Below are positions 39,201 to 52,082 of a DNA stretch of 64,000 nucleotides, piece by piece. Under the pieces are notes generated by a model. That model was given only the letters and a program-made list of their open reading frames with translations, was not told the origin of the DNA and did not search any database. The DNA comes from Antedon mediterranea (Eukaryota > Animalia > Echinodermata). Position 1 is the first letter of the stretch; each line of letters opens with the position of its first letter. The position numbers and the translations under genes are program-made. The stretch spans positions 1,580,201-1,644,200 of the forward strand of contig NC_092679.1 in NCBI RefSeq assembly GCF_964355755.1. The letters are read 5' to 3'.

Positions 39201-41688
39201 TGAAAACTTTGACTGGAAGTCTGTATTTCGGTTAAATTATTTTTCTTTTCGACTAATTTTTGGTGAAAGTTAATAACTATTATGATACTTCAAAATGACC
39301 CACTTTTTTTCAAAATTTGAAAAAAAATTTTTTTGGGGAATTAGTCAAAGGGACAATACATCTTTAAAGATAATATAACAAAGATGATGATATTATCATT
39401 GTTTCACACTTAAATCTTTAGTGTGTGTTTGTAGTGTTTTCTATGTAGTCTGTGTGGTTTCTTGTAGTGTGTGGCAAACGGTACCGCAATCGAGCCGGTT
39501 TGAACTACCACGTAACGCACACGCACCAAGACGAGGATGAGGAAGAAGAGCCGGAGGTTGTGCACAGTTCTCCCATGCCAATGCCATCGTCGAACCGCAG
39601 TGAGTTCGTTTGGCAAGCACAGTTAATAATGCAGGCATGCAGAACCATTAGTTTTGCTCTAACAAATTTCTTTTCACCGCAGATTTTTCTTTTCAGTAGC
39701 ATGCTTGGCGCTCTTGTTTGAGAAAAGCTAATATTTACGTTATTTTAACAGAATTTTGCATGGTTTGTTATTGTAACTGGAGCTTTTTGTGCAAAACTAA
39801 CATTTAATGTTTATTTCCTAACAATACATTTTATTTATCCCTGTAATTTTTTTTTTGATATCCACTATTTAAATTGAATTAAAAGTTCAGTTGCTGTTTG
39901 TGTTACAATGAGCAAAGCATGAAATCAGGTTGAATATACTCTTGTTTTCATTTTGTGGTAAAAGTTAAAAAGTAGTACAAAATAATGATTTCACTTATAA
40001 AAAAGATTTTAAGCAGAAACCCATTGATTTTTAGACAGGGTTTAAAACAACTTTTATTTAGATTTACTTGAAAAGTAACATTTTGAAATTGCATTTTTTT
40101 GCCTTGGAATGGCCGCACTGGTAATCATGCTTACATAGTGTAATGCCTATACTGTATTTCATTAGGCTTCCTATATAACATTACATAGTGGTTTCTGTGC
40201 ATGAAATTTAAATGTTGTTATTAATCATCATTATTAAAGTTACTTTATTCCATCATATTGTTTTAAATCAGAGTTAAGATAATTAGTTATTAATTTATCA
40301 GATGAACCACAAAAAACACCTTCATTTATGTTCATCATTTATTATTTATTTATATTACATTGTTGTAGTAACCACAAGCGGTAAAATGACATACTGTATA
40401 CTAATATACCAGTATTTAAAGGTGCATATATTAGCTTAAAGATCTGTGCTTTGTCTACACTATCAAACTAGTTTGACAAAAAAGTGTGATGTGCCCAAAA
40501 ATATCATAGTGATATGCCTAAATATGGTAGTGATATGACATCATGTCCATCACATACAGTTTGATAATGTAAACAGAGCTTTAAAATGTGCATCCTCCTT
40601 GTGATATGTGAAAATAAAATGAATTGAAACTATTTAAACCCTGGATGGTATACTAAATATTTTAATCTAGAAGCTTGATAAATGTTATAAAGATCGGTTG
40701 CTTAACTATTCAAGAAGAGGCTTAAGATAACATACATATTTTTACAACTACAACAGAAATAGCCCAATTCATAAATTAGTTATAATATTAATTTCTGTTA
40801 TTATTTGTTTGATAGCGCCCAAGAAGGTAAATGGCGTCCCTGAAGTTAGCAGCTATTGTGACTTCTGTCTTGGTGATGCTAAGAAAAATGTGAAGACGGG
40901 AGAAGCAGAGGTATTAGTGTCCTGTTCAGACTGCGGACGCTCAGGTCAGTCAAGCTCTATTTTACCCTATCTCGCTTTTAAGAATTACATAAATGCTGTT
41001 GCTTACTTACTCATGAAGCTAGGTTATAATTAATAGCTAGTTATAATTTAGTGTTCTTTTTCTTGTTCAGGTCACCCATCTTGTTTGCAGTTCACGGACA
41101 GAATGACAGCTAATGTAAAGAACTACAGGTGGCAGTGTATTGAATGCAAATCATGCACATTGTGCGGAACCTCAGATAATGATGTATGTTAAATCTAACA
41201 TTTTCAATCAAATTTAGTCAATATAAAGATCTGTCTGCACTATTTGTTTGACAAAAAAGTGTGATGTGCCAAAATATGATAGTGATATGGCATCATCGCG
41301 TCCATATATGGGAACATCACATTTTTTTGTCCCACAAAGTTTGATAGTGTTGAAAGAGCTTAAGATAGACAAATTCAATGTAAACTTAGTACATTGTTAG
41401 TATTATTAAACCATATTAATATTTTGTTTCCATCTGTATAGGATCAGTTACTGTTTTGCGATGACTGCGATCGTGGTTATCACATGTACTGCCTCACACC
41501 ACCGATGTCAGCGCCCCCTGAAGGTACCGTTACTACAATTCTTAAACTAACTATTTTAGGAGTAATTTTAATATTTTGTTTACCTAAACCTTTTTGTTTT
41601 GTTTTTAGGAAACTGGAGTTGTGCACTATGTCTTCAACAAGTAAAAGATGGATTGGTACCAGAGTCAGAACTCGGAGAGCAGCAGTAA
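36225..41688 (+). CDS. DPF2: d4/DPF (requiem, DPF1/2/3 family) BAF subunit: Requiem N domain, C2H2 finger, double PHD
   Basis: [23 protein letters not shown]...[16 protein letters not shown]; KPFACK|[20 protein letters not shown]; YCDFCLGD...CSDCGRSG|HPSCLQF...WQCIECKSC...[12 protein letters not shown]...WSCALC. Likely a single invertebrate co-orthologue of DPF1/2/3. Confidence 0.93.
38845..39363. mobile_element. Non-autonomous TTAA element, Kolobok-type, in a DPF intron
   Basis: TTAA-AGATGTATTGTCCC...GGGACAATACATCT-TTAA. AG...CT ends with a TTAA target fit Kolobok rather than piggyBac (CC...GG). Confidence 0.8.
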
Positions 41689-41691
41689 AGA

Positions 41692-41782
41692 ATGTGCTCA
41701 CTCATCTGTGACCAGCAGTAGATAGTGTGCTCACTCATCTGTGACCAGCAGTTGATATTGTGATCACTCATCTGTGACCAGA
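41692..41782 (+). repeat. ~33-bp tandem repeat x3 just after the DPF stop codon
   Basis: TGTGCTCACTCATCTGTGACCAG repeated three times. Confidence 0.85.
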
Positions 41783-42599
41783 TTCAGTGCATAATATGAA
41801 TACTAAATTCATGTGATTTTATTGAACCCAAAAGGTGCTAATTTTTGCAGTCAACTTATTTATTACTCTGTATGATCATGGATGTGGTCATGTCTATAGG
41901 TGCTGATCCACTATTATTACCTTTGGGTATTACCGACGATTTTATTTCTTATCTTGTCTAATTTTATTCTAAACACATTTGTTGCATATACTGTTACATA
42001 ACAGAAACCTTTTTTATATAAAACATTTTTTAAACAACTCTTAATCATGTTGACCCAGTAAATGATGTTAGTTGCACTATAACACTTCATGTAACCTGTT
42101 ACATATCCACTACTAAACAAACTGTTGAATAGATATAATGTTAAACATACAGTGGTAGTATGTCTAGATTTTGTGTACAAAAAAAAAATCCAAATAAATC
42201 TAAAGTCCGCAACTGCATTTCATGTGTATTTATTTTTCATAAAATTTAGAAATAAAATATATATTTTAAAGCAATGCTAATAGTTTTTACATCCAGTAAT
42301 TGGCGAGTTGCTTGCTGTTGTATGAAATTTTAAAGACACAGATAGCTTTTCACAATAATACAAGCTGTATTTATTATTGCAATAACATGAGAATTGGTGA
42401 CTGATGCATAGTTCAAATTGATGTAAACCTACACCATCTATGTGTAGTTGTCTCTTCCACAAGTGGAGTGGGATGACACAATCCTTCCTCTATCACTGCC
42501 CTTGTATTGCTTTGTACCACAGCACTATGTACACATGGTCCGCTCGATGCAACTATCCATGTCTTGATTTATTTCCCTCTTTAACCACTCTCCTCTCTC

Positions 42600-45500
42600 T
42601 CAAGATGCATTAGATGATGGTGGTCGGTTCTTTCCAAGACTCTTTATAACGGATGATGCTGGAGCCATGAGGACTTTGCGTGACAGACGCATTCTACCGC
42701 TGACTGGGTCACGACCAAAGTATTTCACGTGTATTTCTTGTCCAACCTCAAGTCCTAATGCACTTGGATGGCTAACCTTAAATAAAATTAAACACAAACA
42801 TAAATTTAAGAAATAAATTGTTGCTGCAATAAAAAAAAAGTAACTTTAGCCATGCAACCATTTAAACAATATTATAATATCAGCTATTTGATTACAAATT
42901 CTCACCTTTCTCTGGTCCAACTGTGAGACATGTAGCAGTGAAGGCGTCATGGTAGGATACAGCTTTATCATTACACCACTCTCCCTATGTCAAGCATGTA
43001 AGACAAACATAATCAAATTGTGTTTAGTAATGTGTGAATCTACTACGATGTGTTATACTATAAGATTATGCAATCTTCATTATAAGTTTGTCCAAAGTAA
43101 TTTCTGTATCAACAATGTAATGGGAATATGACTTTCAACAACATAAAAAGATACTGTTTTCTATACAGTATTCTTTTTACAGATACTGTAATATGATAAT
43201 AAAAAACTTCATACCTAATTTCATTGATTGTAGCTGTGTAAACGCCACCAAATTCCAAGTTTGGTTCTCTCTGTAACCAAAACAAAAGAAGTAATACACA
43301 GATATGAATTTGAAAAAAAAACTACAGTACAACAAATCACAATTTAAAATACAACTTAATTCTCACTTACATCATCTACTAACAGTTTTTCAATTTTCAG
43401 TTTGGCCTCATCCATTGCAACAGGGGAGGGTGCAAACACTTGGAAGTTGGTCTCATCAAGCTGTGTAATAGTAATACCAGTTTCTGCCCGTAACTTCTTA
43501 AGGTTGTAACCCCCTGGTCCTACAAAGTGGGATCTTCTTGCTATTGGTACCTCTAATGTTTCTGTGCAATAGTTGAGTTGATAAAATAAACATATGTTTC
43601 TATAGAATTTGAATTGTACTGTTTCTTAAGCTCTGTCTATACTATTGTGATGATCACTAAATGTGATGTGCCTATATGGACATGATGATGTCATATCACC
43701 ACCATATTTGGACATATCACTACCATATTTGGGTACATCACACTTTTTTTGTCAAACTAGTTTGATAGTGTAGACAGTGCTTAATAAACTCACTGACCAG
43801 TAAATGGACTATTACTCACTGACCTGTAACTGGACTATTAGCTTTCCTATCACTTCTAGGTTTGCTAATGACGTCACTCATAATTTTGATGATCTCAGAC
43901 TTAGCATGGGTTCCTTGTTGAACAGCCTCAGCAATTAACTTCATTGGAATTGGGAGTTTAAAATCTGCCTACAACACACAAGAATAAAAAAAAAAGATTA
44001 AAATAAACATTTACAAAGAGTAGAGTTCAAGTCCAACTTGACGGAGGTTCAGATCATGTTGATGATCTTTAGAGGGCGCTGTGCAGAACCAACAAATATA
44101 AAAAAAAGTCATACTCGCCTGTAATGCTGTAATTCCTTTTTTGGTTCCAGCTAATTTAAAATCCATATCACCCATGAAGTCTTCAATACCCTTTAAAACA
44201 AACAAAAAATTAATTATAAAAGAAAGTATACGAGTAATTAATAAATGTATTATTTGCGAAAAAAAAAATTAGCATAAACTAACCTGCTTGACAGTCTCTT
44301 ACGAAAAAGAAGTGATTGTTACAACATGAAATGAAGGCCTACTACTGTATTGTAATAAATAAATGTCTTACCAGAATATCAGTTAAAATTTTGTATTCTT
44401 CAATCTCGTTAGATTCCTCGTTAACGTTGGTCATTAAGCCAATGGCAACACCAGCGACTGCGTTTGATATTGGCACACCTATAATTAATAATTGATAATA
44501 ATTGACACGCCTGGGAACAAAGTGTGCATACAGTACACAAGAAATAAAGTTAGTGGTTGTTTTAGAGGCCACATAGGAATGCCTGAAACCGGTAAGTTCT
44601 AATGTCAAAGGCTGTGCTTAATCAATACATTTTCTTATTCTTCTAATGTAAGTTCTCAAACAATATCTAAAGCACTGTCTATATTATCAAACTTTATGTG
44701 ACAAAAAAATGTGATGTGGGCACAAACTAGTTTGATAGTGTATTCAGAGCTTTAGAAACTGATATTCTTACCTGCATCCATCATAGCCAAAGTACCTCCA
44801 CAAACTGACGCCATTGATGAGGAACCTAGAACAAGGAAACAATCAATAAAATAATAGGTTTCAGATTTTCTTTGTAGGACAGAAAAATAAGCTAAATCAA
44901 AATATAAAACTAAAATATAAATAAAACCCATTCACTGTCTTACCATTGGATTCCAAAACTTCTGACGTTAGACGAATCGTAAACGGGAAATCTTCTGGCA
45001 CCACAGACTTTAAAGCTTTCTCTGCTAAATTACCTAAAAAATAATTTTTACAAAAATAAATAATGTATGCAACATCTTATGTCTCTTACACAACAGCCTA
45101 TTAAAGAGTTTTAAAAACTGATCAAACAAAACTTACCATGACCTAGCTCCCTTCTTGACCCAGATTTGACCCGTCCTATTTCATTGGTTGCATAAGGTGG
45201 AAACTGCAAATTGAAACGACAAACATGTTTAACACTCAAATTGGACTATAATGAATCTAAATATTTACAGTATTTACATATTATTATATTTACAGTATTT
45301 ACATATTCCTTGCTTACCTCATAATGCAACATAAAATTCTTTTCCTTTACTCCACTAAAATAAATTAAATATTAATTAAATTAATACTGTATGTAACATA
45401 GCACATTCATTCATTGTCATTCAATTGTTTTTAAATGTTTTATAACAAACAAAACTGACTTACTCTAATGTGTCTGACAGCGAGTTTGTCCGCAATGCCG

Positions 45501-48500
45501 ATTCTATTGAATCAAATGTAACTGTACACAAAACCTGAAAACACAAGAATATGTCAGAAAGAAAGAAAGATTATAAAGAACCATGTACTGTTATGGCATT
45601 TGCCAATTATTAGTACACAAACAACAGAATGACATGACAGACTGTTAAGCTCTGTCTACACTATCAAACTTTATGCAACAAAAAAATGTGATGTGCCCAT
45701 TTATGGACATGACGATGTCCTGTATCACTACCATATTTGGGCATATCACTACCATATTTGGGCACATCACACTAGTAGACAGACTGTTACCTGTGTTTGA
45801 CCGCGTTGAAAGATCGCTGAACCATGTAAAGGTTTGTACATATCAACCTGACAACATATATTGCGCAATTCATCTAAATTTCTACCATCACACCTGAATT
45901 CAATATATATAATGTAATGGTTAAGATCTATATCACATACACTACATGCTGGGGATCCAGTTTTGTTGAAATGGGGATGGTTTTTATATTTAAAAAATGG
46001 GGGTGGGGGAAGTGGCTTTTTTTTATTTGATGTTATATAAAAAGAACAAAATTATAGCACACAGCTAAAACAGTTTGTATTAAAAATTTTAAAAATGAGT
46101 TAAAAATCTATAAAAATACAACTATATTACAAAACAACTTTCAGGTCAGGACTGTAGTAGTATGACTGAAAATCAAGTCAGCAAAACTTTACCTCTTCAT
46201 ACACAACCAAATAAAACGGTACCTTGTAAATTTAAGGTGTTCATCTATAAGGTTGAAAGAAAGTTCAGAACCATCAATCAAATCTATTAACATAATCTCA
46301 CCTTTTATCTTCATCTAATATAAGATTGCGAAAGATTTGCTTGGCTAATGCATAGAAAGTTTCAGTTATTATATAGTTTTCTTCATCTGGAAATACCTCT
46401 GTTTAAAAATGAAAGAAATGTTAGTAAAGTATCAACAATTGAAAAGGGTTATTATTATAATAGAGGAAAAATATTCTAAAATAGTATTGAAAATGGCAGA
46501 ACATACCTGCAACTTCTTTAACAACTTCATCTCGTACTAAACTCAATGCATTGTCCCGTGAAAACTAAAAAAACACACATAAGAGTAAGTACCAAAGATG
46601 ATATCTAGTAAGTAAAATAAAAACATTATTTCTAATTGCAGAAAACAATATTTTAGTTTATTTTACTGGAACAAGATGTACAGTATGTAATTTTACTAAG
46701 ATGGAAATTAGTTTAACATTATAACAATTTGTTAAAAATTAAATTGAAAGAATTTTAAAACCTTATCATGAGAGTCATCTGAAAAAACTCCATAAATCCT
46801 ATCATTTGCCAACCTAAAAAAAATAAAAATTGACCTTATATACTTGATTAATCCAAACATTCTATTATTATTTTATTTAATAGTACTTACATTACATACA
46901 GTATTCTATCGGATTTGTAACCAGATTATAATCAACTAGAGAGAGGCAATAGTAAATTGGGCAGGAACTCTTTGAATTTTAGCTACAGTATGAATACATT
47001 TGAATTCACTCTCTAGTTAATCAAATAAACTCTTTGTAACATACTCTTTTATTTTTGTTTGCAGTGCCTCTGATGGCAGCATCTCTGTCTGCATCGTTCT
47101 CTTTTCTTTCCCATGATTCTTTGCAAGGTTCTCAATGGCTTGAATAATTGGCTGGCAACCTCTGACCCCTAGACGTACTCCTTTCAAAAAGTCACTCTGT
47201 AACATGTTTTCTGCACTTGCCTCTATCATAACTAAAACAGGAAATGGAAATTATTTTTAGATATTGAAATGTATTTGCATGGGATAGGTGATTTATCTAA
47301 CTAATGACTACTAATTGTAAACTTAAGCTTACAGTACCTACATTGCTCTTTTTAGAGCCTGCTACCACCATATTTAAATCGCTATTTTTTAATTCTTCTC
47401 TTGTTGGATTCAAGATAAACTCCTCATCAACTCTTCCAACCCTGACTGCTGCTATAGGTCCATTCCAGGGGATGTCAGATAAAGAGATGGCCGCAGAAGC
47501 TGCAAAGACACAAAACAATAAATTTAGCTCTGTCTACAGTACCAAACTATAGTTTGACAAAAAAAGTGTGATATGCCCAAATATGGTAGTGATTTGATAT
47601 CATCGTGTCAATATAATGGGCACATCACATGTTTTTTGTCACACAATGTTTGATAGTGTAGATAAAACTTCAGTTTTTTCTATTTTTAATTTTTTTTTTT
47701 TTTAAATGCACATTCTCAAGCAAGAGCAACTCTATGAAGGTCTGCATATAAATAAATTAAAAGCAATAACATACCAGCATTGATACTAATAACATCTGGA
47801 TCATTATAGCCATCAACAGCTAATATATTACAGATTATCTGAAATAAGAACATTTAAAAAGTACTTGATGTTAATATGTAAATGTGTAGCCAAAAAAGAT
47901 GTGTGATCAGTTGTCTTTTGTCTACACTATCAAACTTTATGCGACAAACAAATGTAATGATGCCCCATGATGTCATATCACTACCACATTTGGGCATATC
48001 ACTACCATATTTGGGCACATCACACTTTTTTGTCAAACTAGTTTGAAAGTGTAGACAGAGCTTTAGTATTTGTTTTTCAGTCTTAAGAAATAACCTTCAT
48101 TTTGTTCTTAATTATTAAGTATGAGTGCTCTAAATCTCATATATAATGAAGAATACATTTAAAGAAGATGCCTACCTGTGTATCGTAGGAATATCCTTTT
48201 GGAAAAAGAGGTCTGATGCAACGATCTGTAAAGCAGATAAATTTCACTGAATAACTGACTACACAAGTTTTGTGTAAGATAGTTAGAAATTCTAGATTGT
48301 AGAATGTATCACATAGCATGAGCACATCACATTAACCACTATCTTTTCCTTTAACATTCCTTCATATTAAGAAGGTAGAAATTACAATGTAAACAATAGA
48401 ATATTATGTTAAGTGATCTTTGGTAGCGAGAACAGGATGATCATCAGGCCTTAAATGAAAGACTTACCAATAAGCCTACTCGTCAGTATTTCATTGTCTG

Positions 48501-49575
48501 TTTGTCCCATTTCCCTTCGAAGATGGTTTGTAGGAATTCTCCCAGCTGCTGCTGCCTTCTCCCTGTAGTCAACCTGCAAAATGAGGATTACATTTTAATC
48601 CATAGATAATCGAGAATAATCTGCACTTAATCTGACATACAAACATGCTGCCACTGAGTGAATAATACTCACTGTTAAAGGCATGAATCCAGACTGCATT
48701 GGTTTTGTTTTACTTACTGCTGTCACTAAAACTGATGTCTCACCAATCTGTGAAAAAGTAAAGGTCATTTTTAGCAATTGTGTTAAGGTATAAAAACATG
48801 GAAATATGGGTTTTTTTTCATTTAGTTTTTCTGGAAGATTACAGAACAATAATCGTGGGTCAAAGACCTAAAATTATATTATACTATTAAAAAATGTTTT
48901 TTTAATTTTTTTAAACTTAAAATTTAATTATAAGAGGATACTTAATAATTTAATTTTCTAACATGAGATGTCGATGAAATTTGTTGACAGACTATTATCA
49001 TCGTATGTTAGCGCTTTCCTGTTAAAAAAATTACCTGAACAACAGCTCCTCCATTTGCAAATCTTGCTAGTCTTCCAGAAGAAATCTTAATTGTCCTGAA
49101 AAGTAAACTTATTTTCAGCACTGTGACTCTGGTTAATAATAATATTGTCACAGTTGGCACACATATTAAAACAAAAAATTTATAATTTGATAATAAGTGG
49201 TAAATTTGCTTGCTAATATTTCATGTTTAATATATTGGTATTATTTAAACTTAAATCCACGTGTTTGGTACTGCATGCTTCTGACATTGACTATTTGTTA
49301 CTAGAACCTACCTTCCAGCATCCCACACATGTCAAGTACTTACTACTCTATCTACACACGTCACGTACGTACCTATCGCCAACTTTGGCCTCCGTTTCGG
49401 AAGAATCCCCTGAAACATCCCATGATGTTACATAATAATAACGTTTACTTTGTTGAATCAAACCCGCATTCTTTATACATCTCCCGATATTACACGATCG
49501 GTGACTAAATAACCGAAAACCATAATTCATGTGTTGTAAATACAACGAACATTTCGTTATCATGGAGGCAGCCAT
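42600..49575 (-). CDS. PNPT1: PNPT1, mitochondrial polynucleotide phosphorylase (many short exons)
   Basis: Basic N-terminal presequence-like [10 protein letters not shown]...; [15 protein letters not shown]; [13 protein letters not shown]; RRELGHG; SEVLESNG|SSSMAS; [24 protein letters not shown]; S1 end [20 protein letters not shown]. Confidence 0.97.
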
Positions 49576-49905
49576 CTTGTTTAATTGTAATCCTTGTTCA
49601 CAATAAAACACAATTATAATAAAATATACTTTTTTATTTTCGAGATAATATATCTAGATTACAGTAAAATTATTGCTTGTAATTTATATAATTTATTCTA
49701 TTTTTTTTATTCATTTGAATTGTGATTAAAATAAAAATATGACTTGTAAAATATACATAGAAAATACAATGATATGACACTTGTCAAATGTCAACATTTT
49801 TTAGGCCTACAGAGAGGTCACTCCTCGAAAAGTTGCTCTGATTTGTTTGATTAAACAGATTTTTAAAGAGTTTTTGATGTAAGATAAATTAGGGAACATT
49901 CAAAG
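49566..49905. promoter_or_regulatory. Bidirectional promoter region PNPT1/MSANTD3-like
   Basis: PNPT1 ATG sits inside a YY1-like AAGATGGC (- strand). A + strand donor AAG|GTACGT at 49905 is followed by a TAGGCCTA-rich intron. Confidence 0.55.
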
Positions 49906-50878
49906 GTACGTCCTGATATTATACTCTCTAATAATAATACTAGGATAAACTGATAAAGAATAATAAAGGACCTATTTAGTTAGGCTAGCCTCTCTCTCTA
50001 CTACTAGTAGGCTAGGGCCGCTAGGCTAGGCCTAGGCCTAGTCTCTATACTATAGGTAGGTTAAGCAGGGCTAGGCCTACCTAGTAGTAGTACTAGGCCT
50101 ATGTGCTAGGCCTAACTAAACTAGGCATTGCATACTATACTATAGCACATAGTGACATAGAGTAACCTACTAGGCCTAGACCTCTATTCTATTTATTCAT
50201 ATTGTTTAGACTGGTCTAGCTAGGCTAGCTACCTGTCGTCTGTAGAATGTCTTAGAGGTACATAATATTAATATCAGGCCTACTTATTTATTAGCCTTGT
50301 AATCTGTGTTATGTTAGTAGGCCTAGCTAATAATAAACCTCTTCAGTGAACATCTTTTAGTCTAGACTTGAAAACTATTTTTGGCTAGAAATGGAATCTA
50401 ATAGGCACTAGCCTAAACTATTTCCATCAAAACACCTTATTATATTATAATATATAAAGATATTGCCTAGTCTAGTTGAATCTATATAATAAATAAACTT
50501 ATTATTGTTTTATTGTTATTATTGGTTTTTTTTTCTTTCATTTCCATTTTTAATTAAATCAATTCTTTCTACAAACATCATGAATTATGATTTTTGTCTG
50601 GTTTGTAACAATAGAGAGTACTGCTGTGAATGGATAAAGACTGTATCATAATAGGTAATATTGTGAAAGTGAGCGTTTAAAGTCATTCATGTTATTTTTG
50701 TGTTAGAAAACCACCATTTTTAATGAAAATTATATTTGTTGAAAATTGTATATGCTACAATCATCATTAGACTTTTTGTTTAATAAAAAAATACAACAAA
50801 AACCAAACATATTTACCAAAGATACATATCTTCCCATCCACAGTAAACCTACTCTAAAACAACAACAATACAAAAAGT

Positions 50879-52082
50879 ATGACGAGTGTTAATGAAAAAA
50901 AAAAATTTACCAAACAAGAGAAGGAATTTCTATTGGAATTAATCAACAAATACAAGGATGTAATAGAGAATAGAGAGTTGAAAATGATGGAGGAAAAGTG
51001 TATAGTTTGGGAAAACATTGCAAAAGAATACAATGATAGATTTCATTCAACGAGACGGTCTGACAGCCAATTACGCAAATTCTGGGCAAACATGAAGACT
51101 CGGGCAAAGAAAAGCTATTTGGATCACGTATATCGTAGTAACGAAGGAGAACCAGCCAAGGCTCTCCGCGACGAATATGCCACGATCATGCAGATATTGC
51201 CTAGCAAGTTCCCGGACAATGTAGTGTTTGCTCATTTCAAAGGTATTCTTTTATAATTTCAAAATAATAATCGATAATTTTAGTTGTTGCCATGCTATTT
51301 ATTGAATGCTTAATTTCTTCCAACTGATGGACATACAGTAAATGCACTGTACATTAATTATATGTGAAATAACTAAAACATAATGTAAAAATAGCCAACC
51401 TGTGCAATTGGTACTGGAACCTTTTATAGGTGTTTTCCACCTGTTGGTCCAGATCCTTCACTAACAGAGTTAGTGAGAAGTTGAATAAATAAAATAAATA
51501 AAATAATTTTTACAAACTACAAAGTGTCAAATTTTAATGATATAATACTTTGATTTGTTTGTAGCTGCTGATGCCAACATGTCCAGTAAAGAGTATGTTG
51601 TGATGCAAGAAGGTTGTGATAGTTCGCCAAAAAGAGATCAAGTTTTTTATGAAACAAATGAAACTGACGCGATGAAAACAGTTGTTCATGACAGAAACAA
51701 AGATCTGGTTATCATAAAAACAGAAGATGAGAATACTGATACTGAGATGGATGACTTTTTGGAAACGTCGTCTGATACTTCGTTGACTTCTCATTCTGGG
51801 AACAATATTACCGAGCAACCATCTTCAATCGATGAAGAACCAACTATTCAAATGCACAATCACATTCCGAATAAGAAAAACTGTTATTGTGAACAAGATA
51901 ATAAAACCCGTACTAAGAGAATCCAACTTTTAGAAGATAAAATACACTTTCAGGCAGAAAAACATAATAGAAAACTTCAGTTACTAAACAACCAAATAAA
52001 ACAAGCAGAAGAAGAACACCAATTAAAAATGTATTACTTGAAATTGAAATTAGAGAAATTAAGTAAAAAAAAATTACTTTAA
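50879..52082 (+). CDS. Myb/SANT-like DNA-binding protein, MSANTD3-like (exons 50879-51242, 51564-52082; probable non-coding first exon ending ~49905)
   Basis: FTKQEKEFLLELINKYKDVIEN...WENIAKEYN...RSDSQLRKFWANMKTRAKK (Myb_DNA-bind_5-type). C-terminal AEEEHQLKMYYL resembles the MSANTD3 coiled coil. A phase-1 GT-AG intron joins the two ORFs. Confidence 0.8.
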
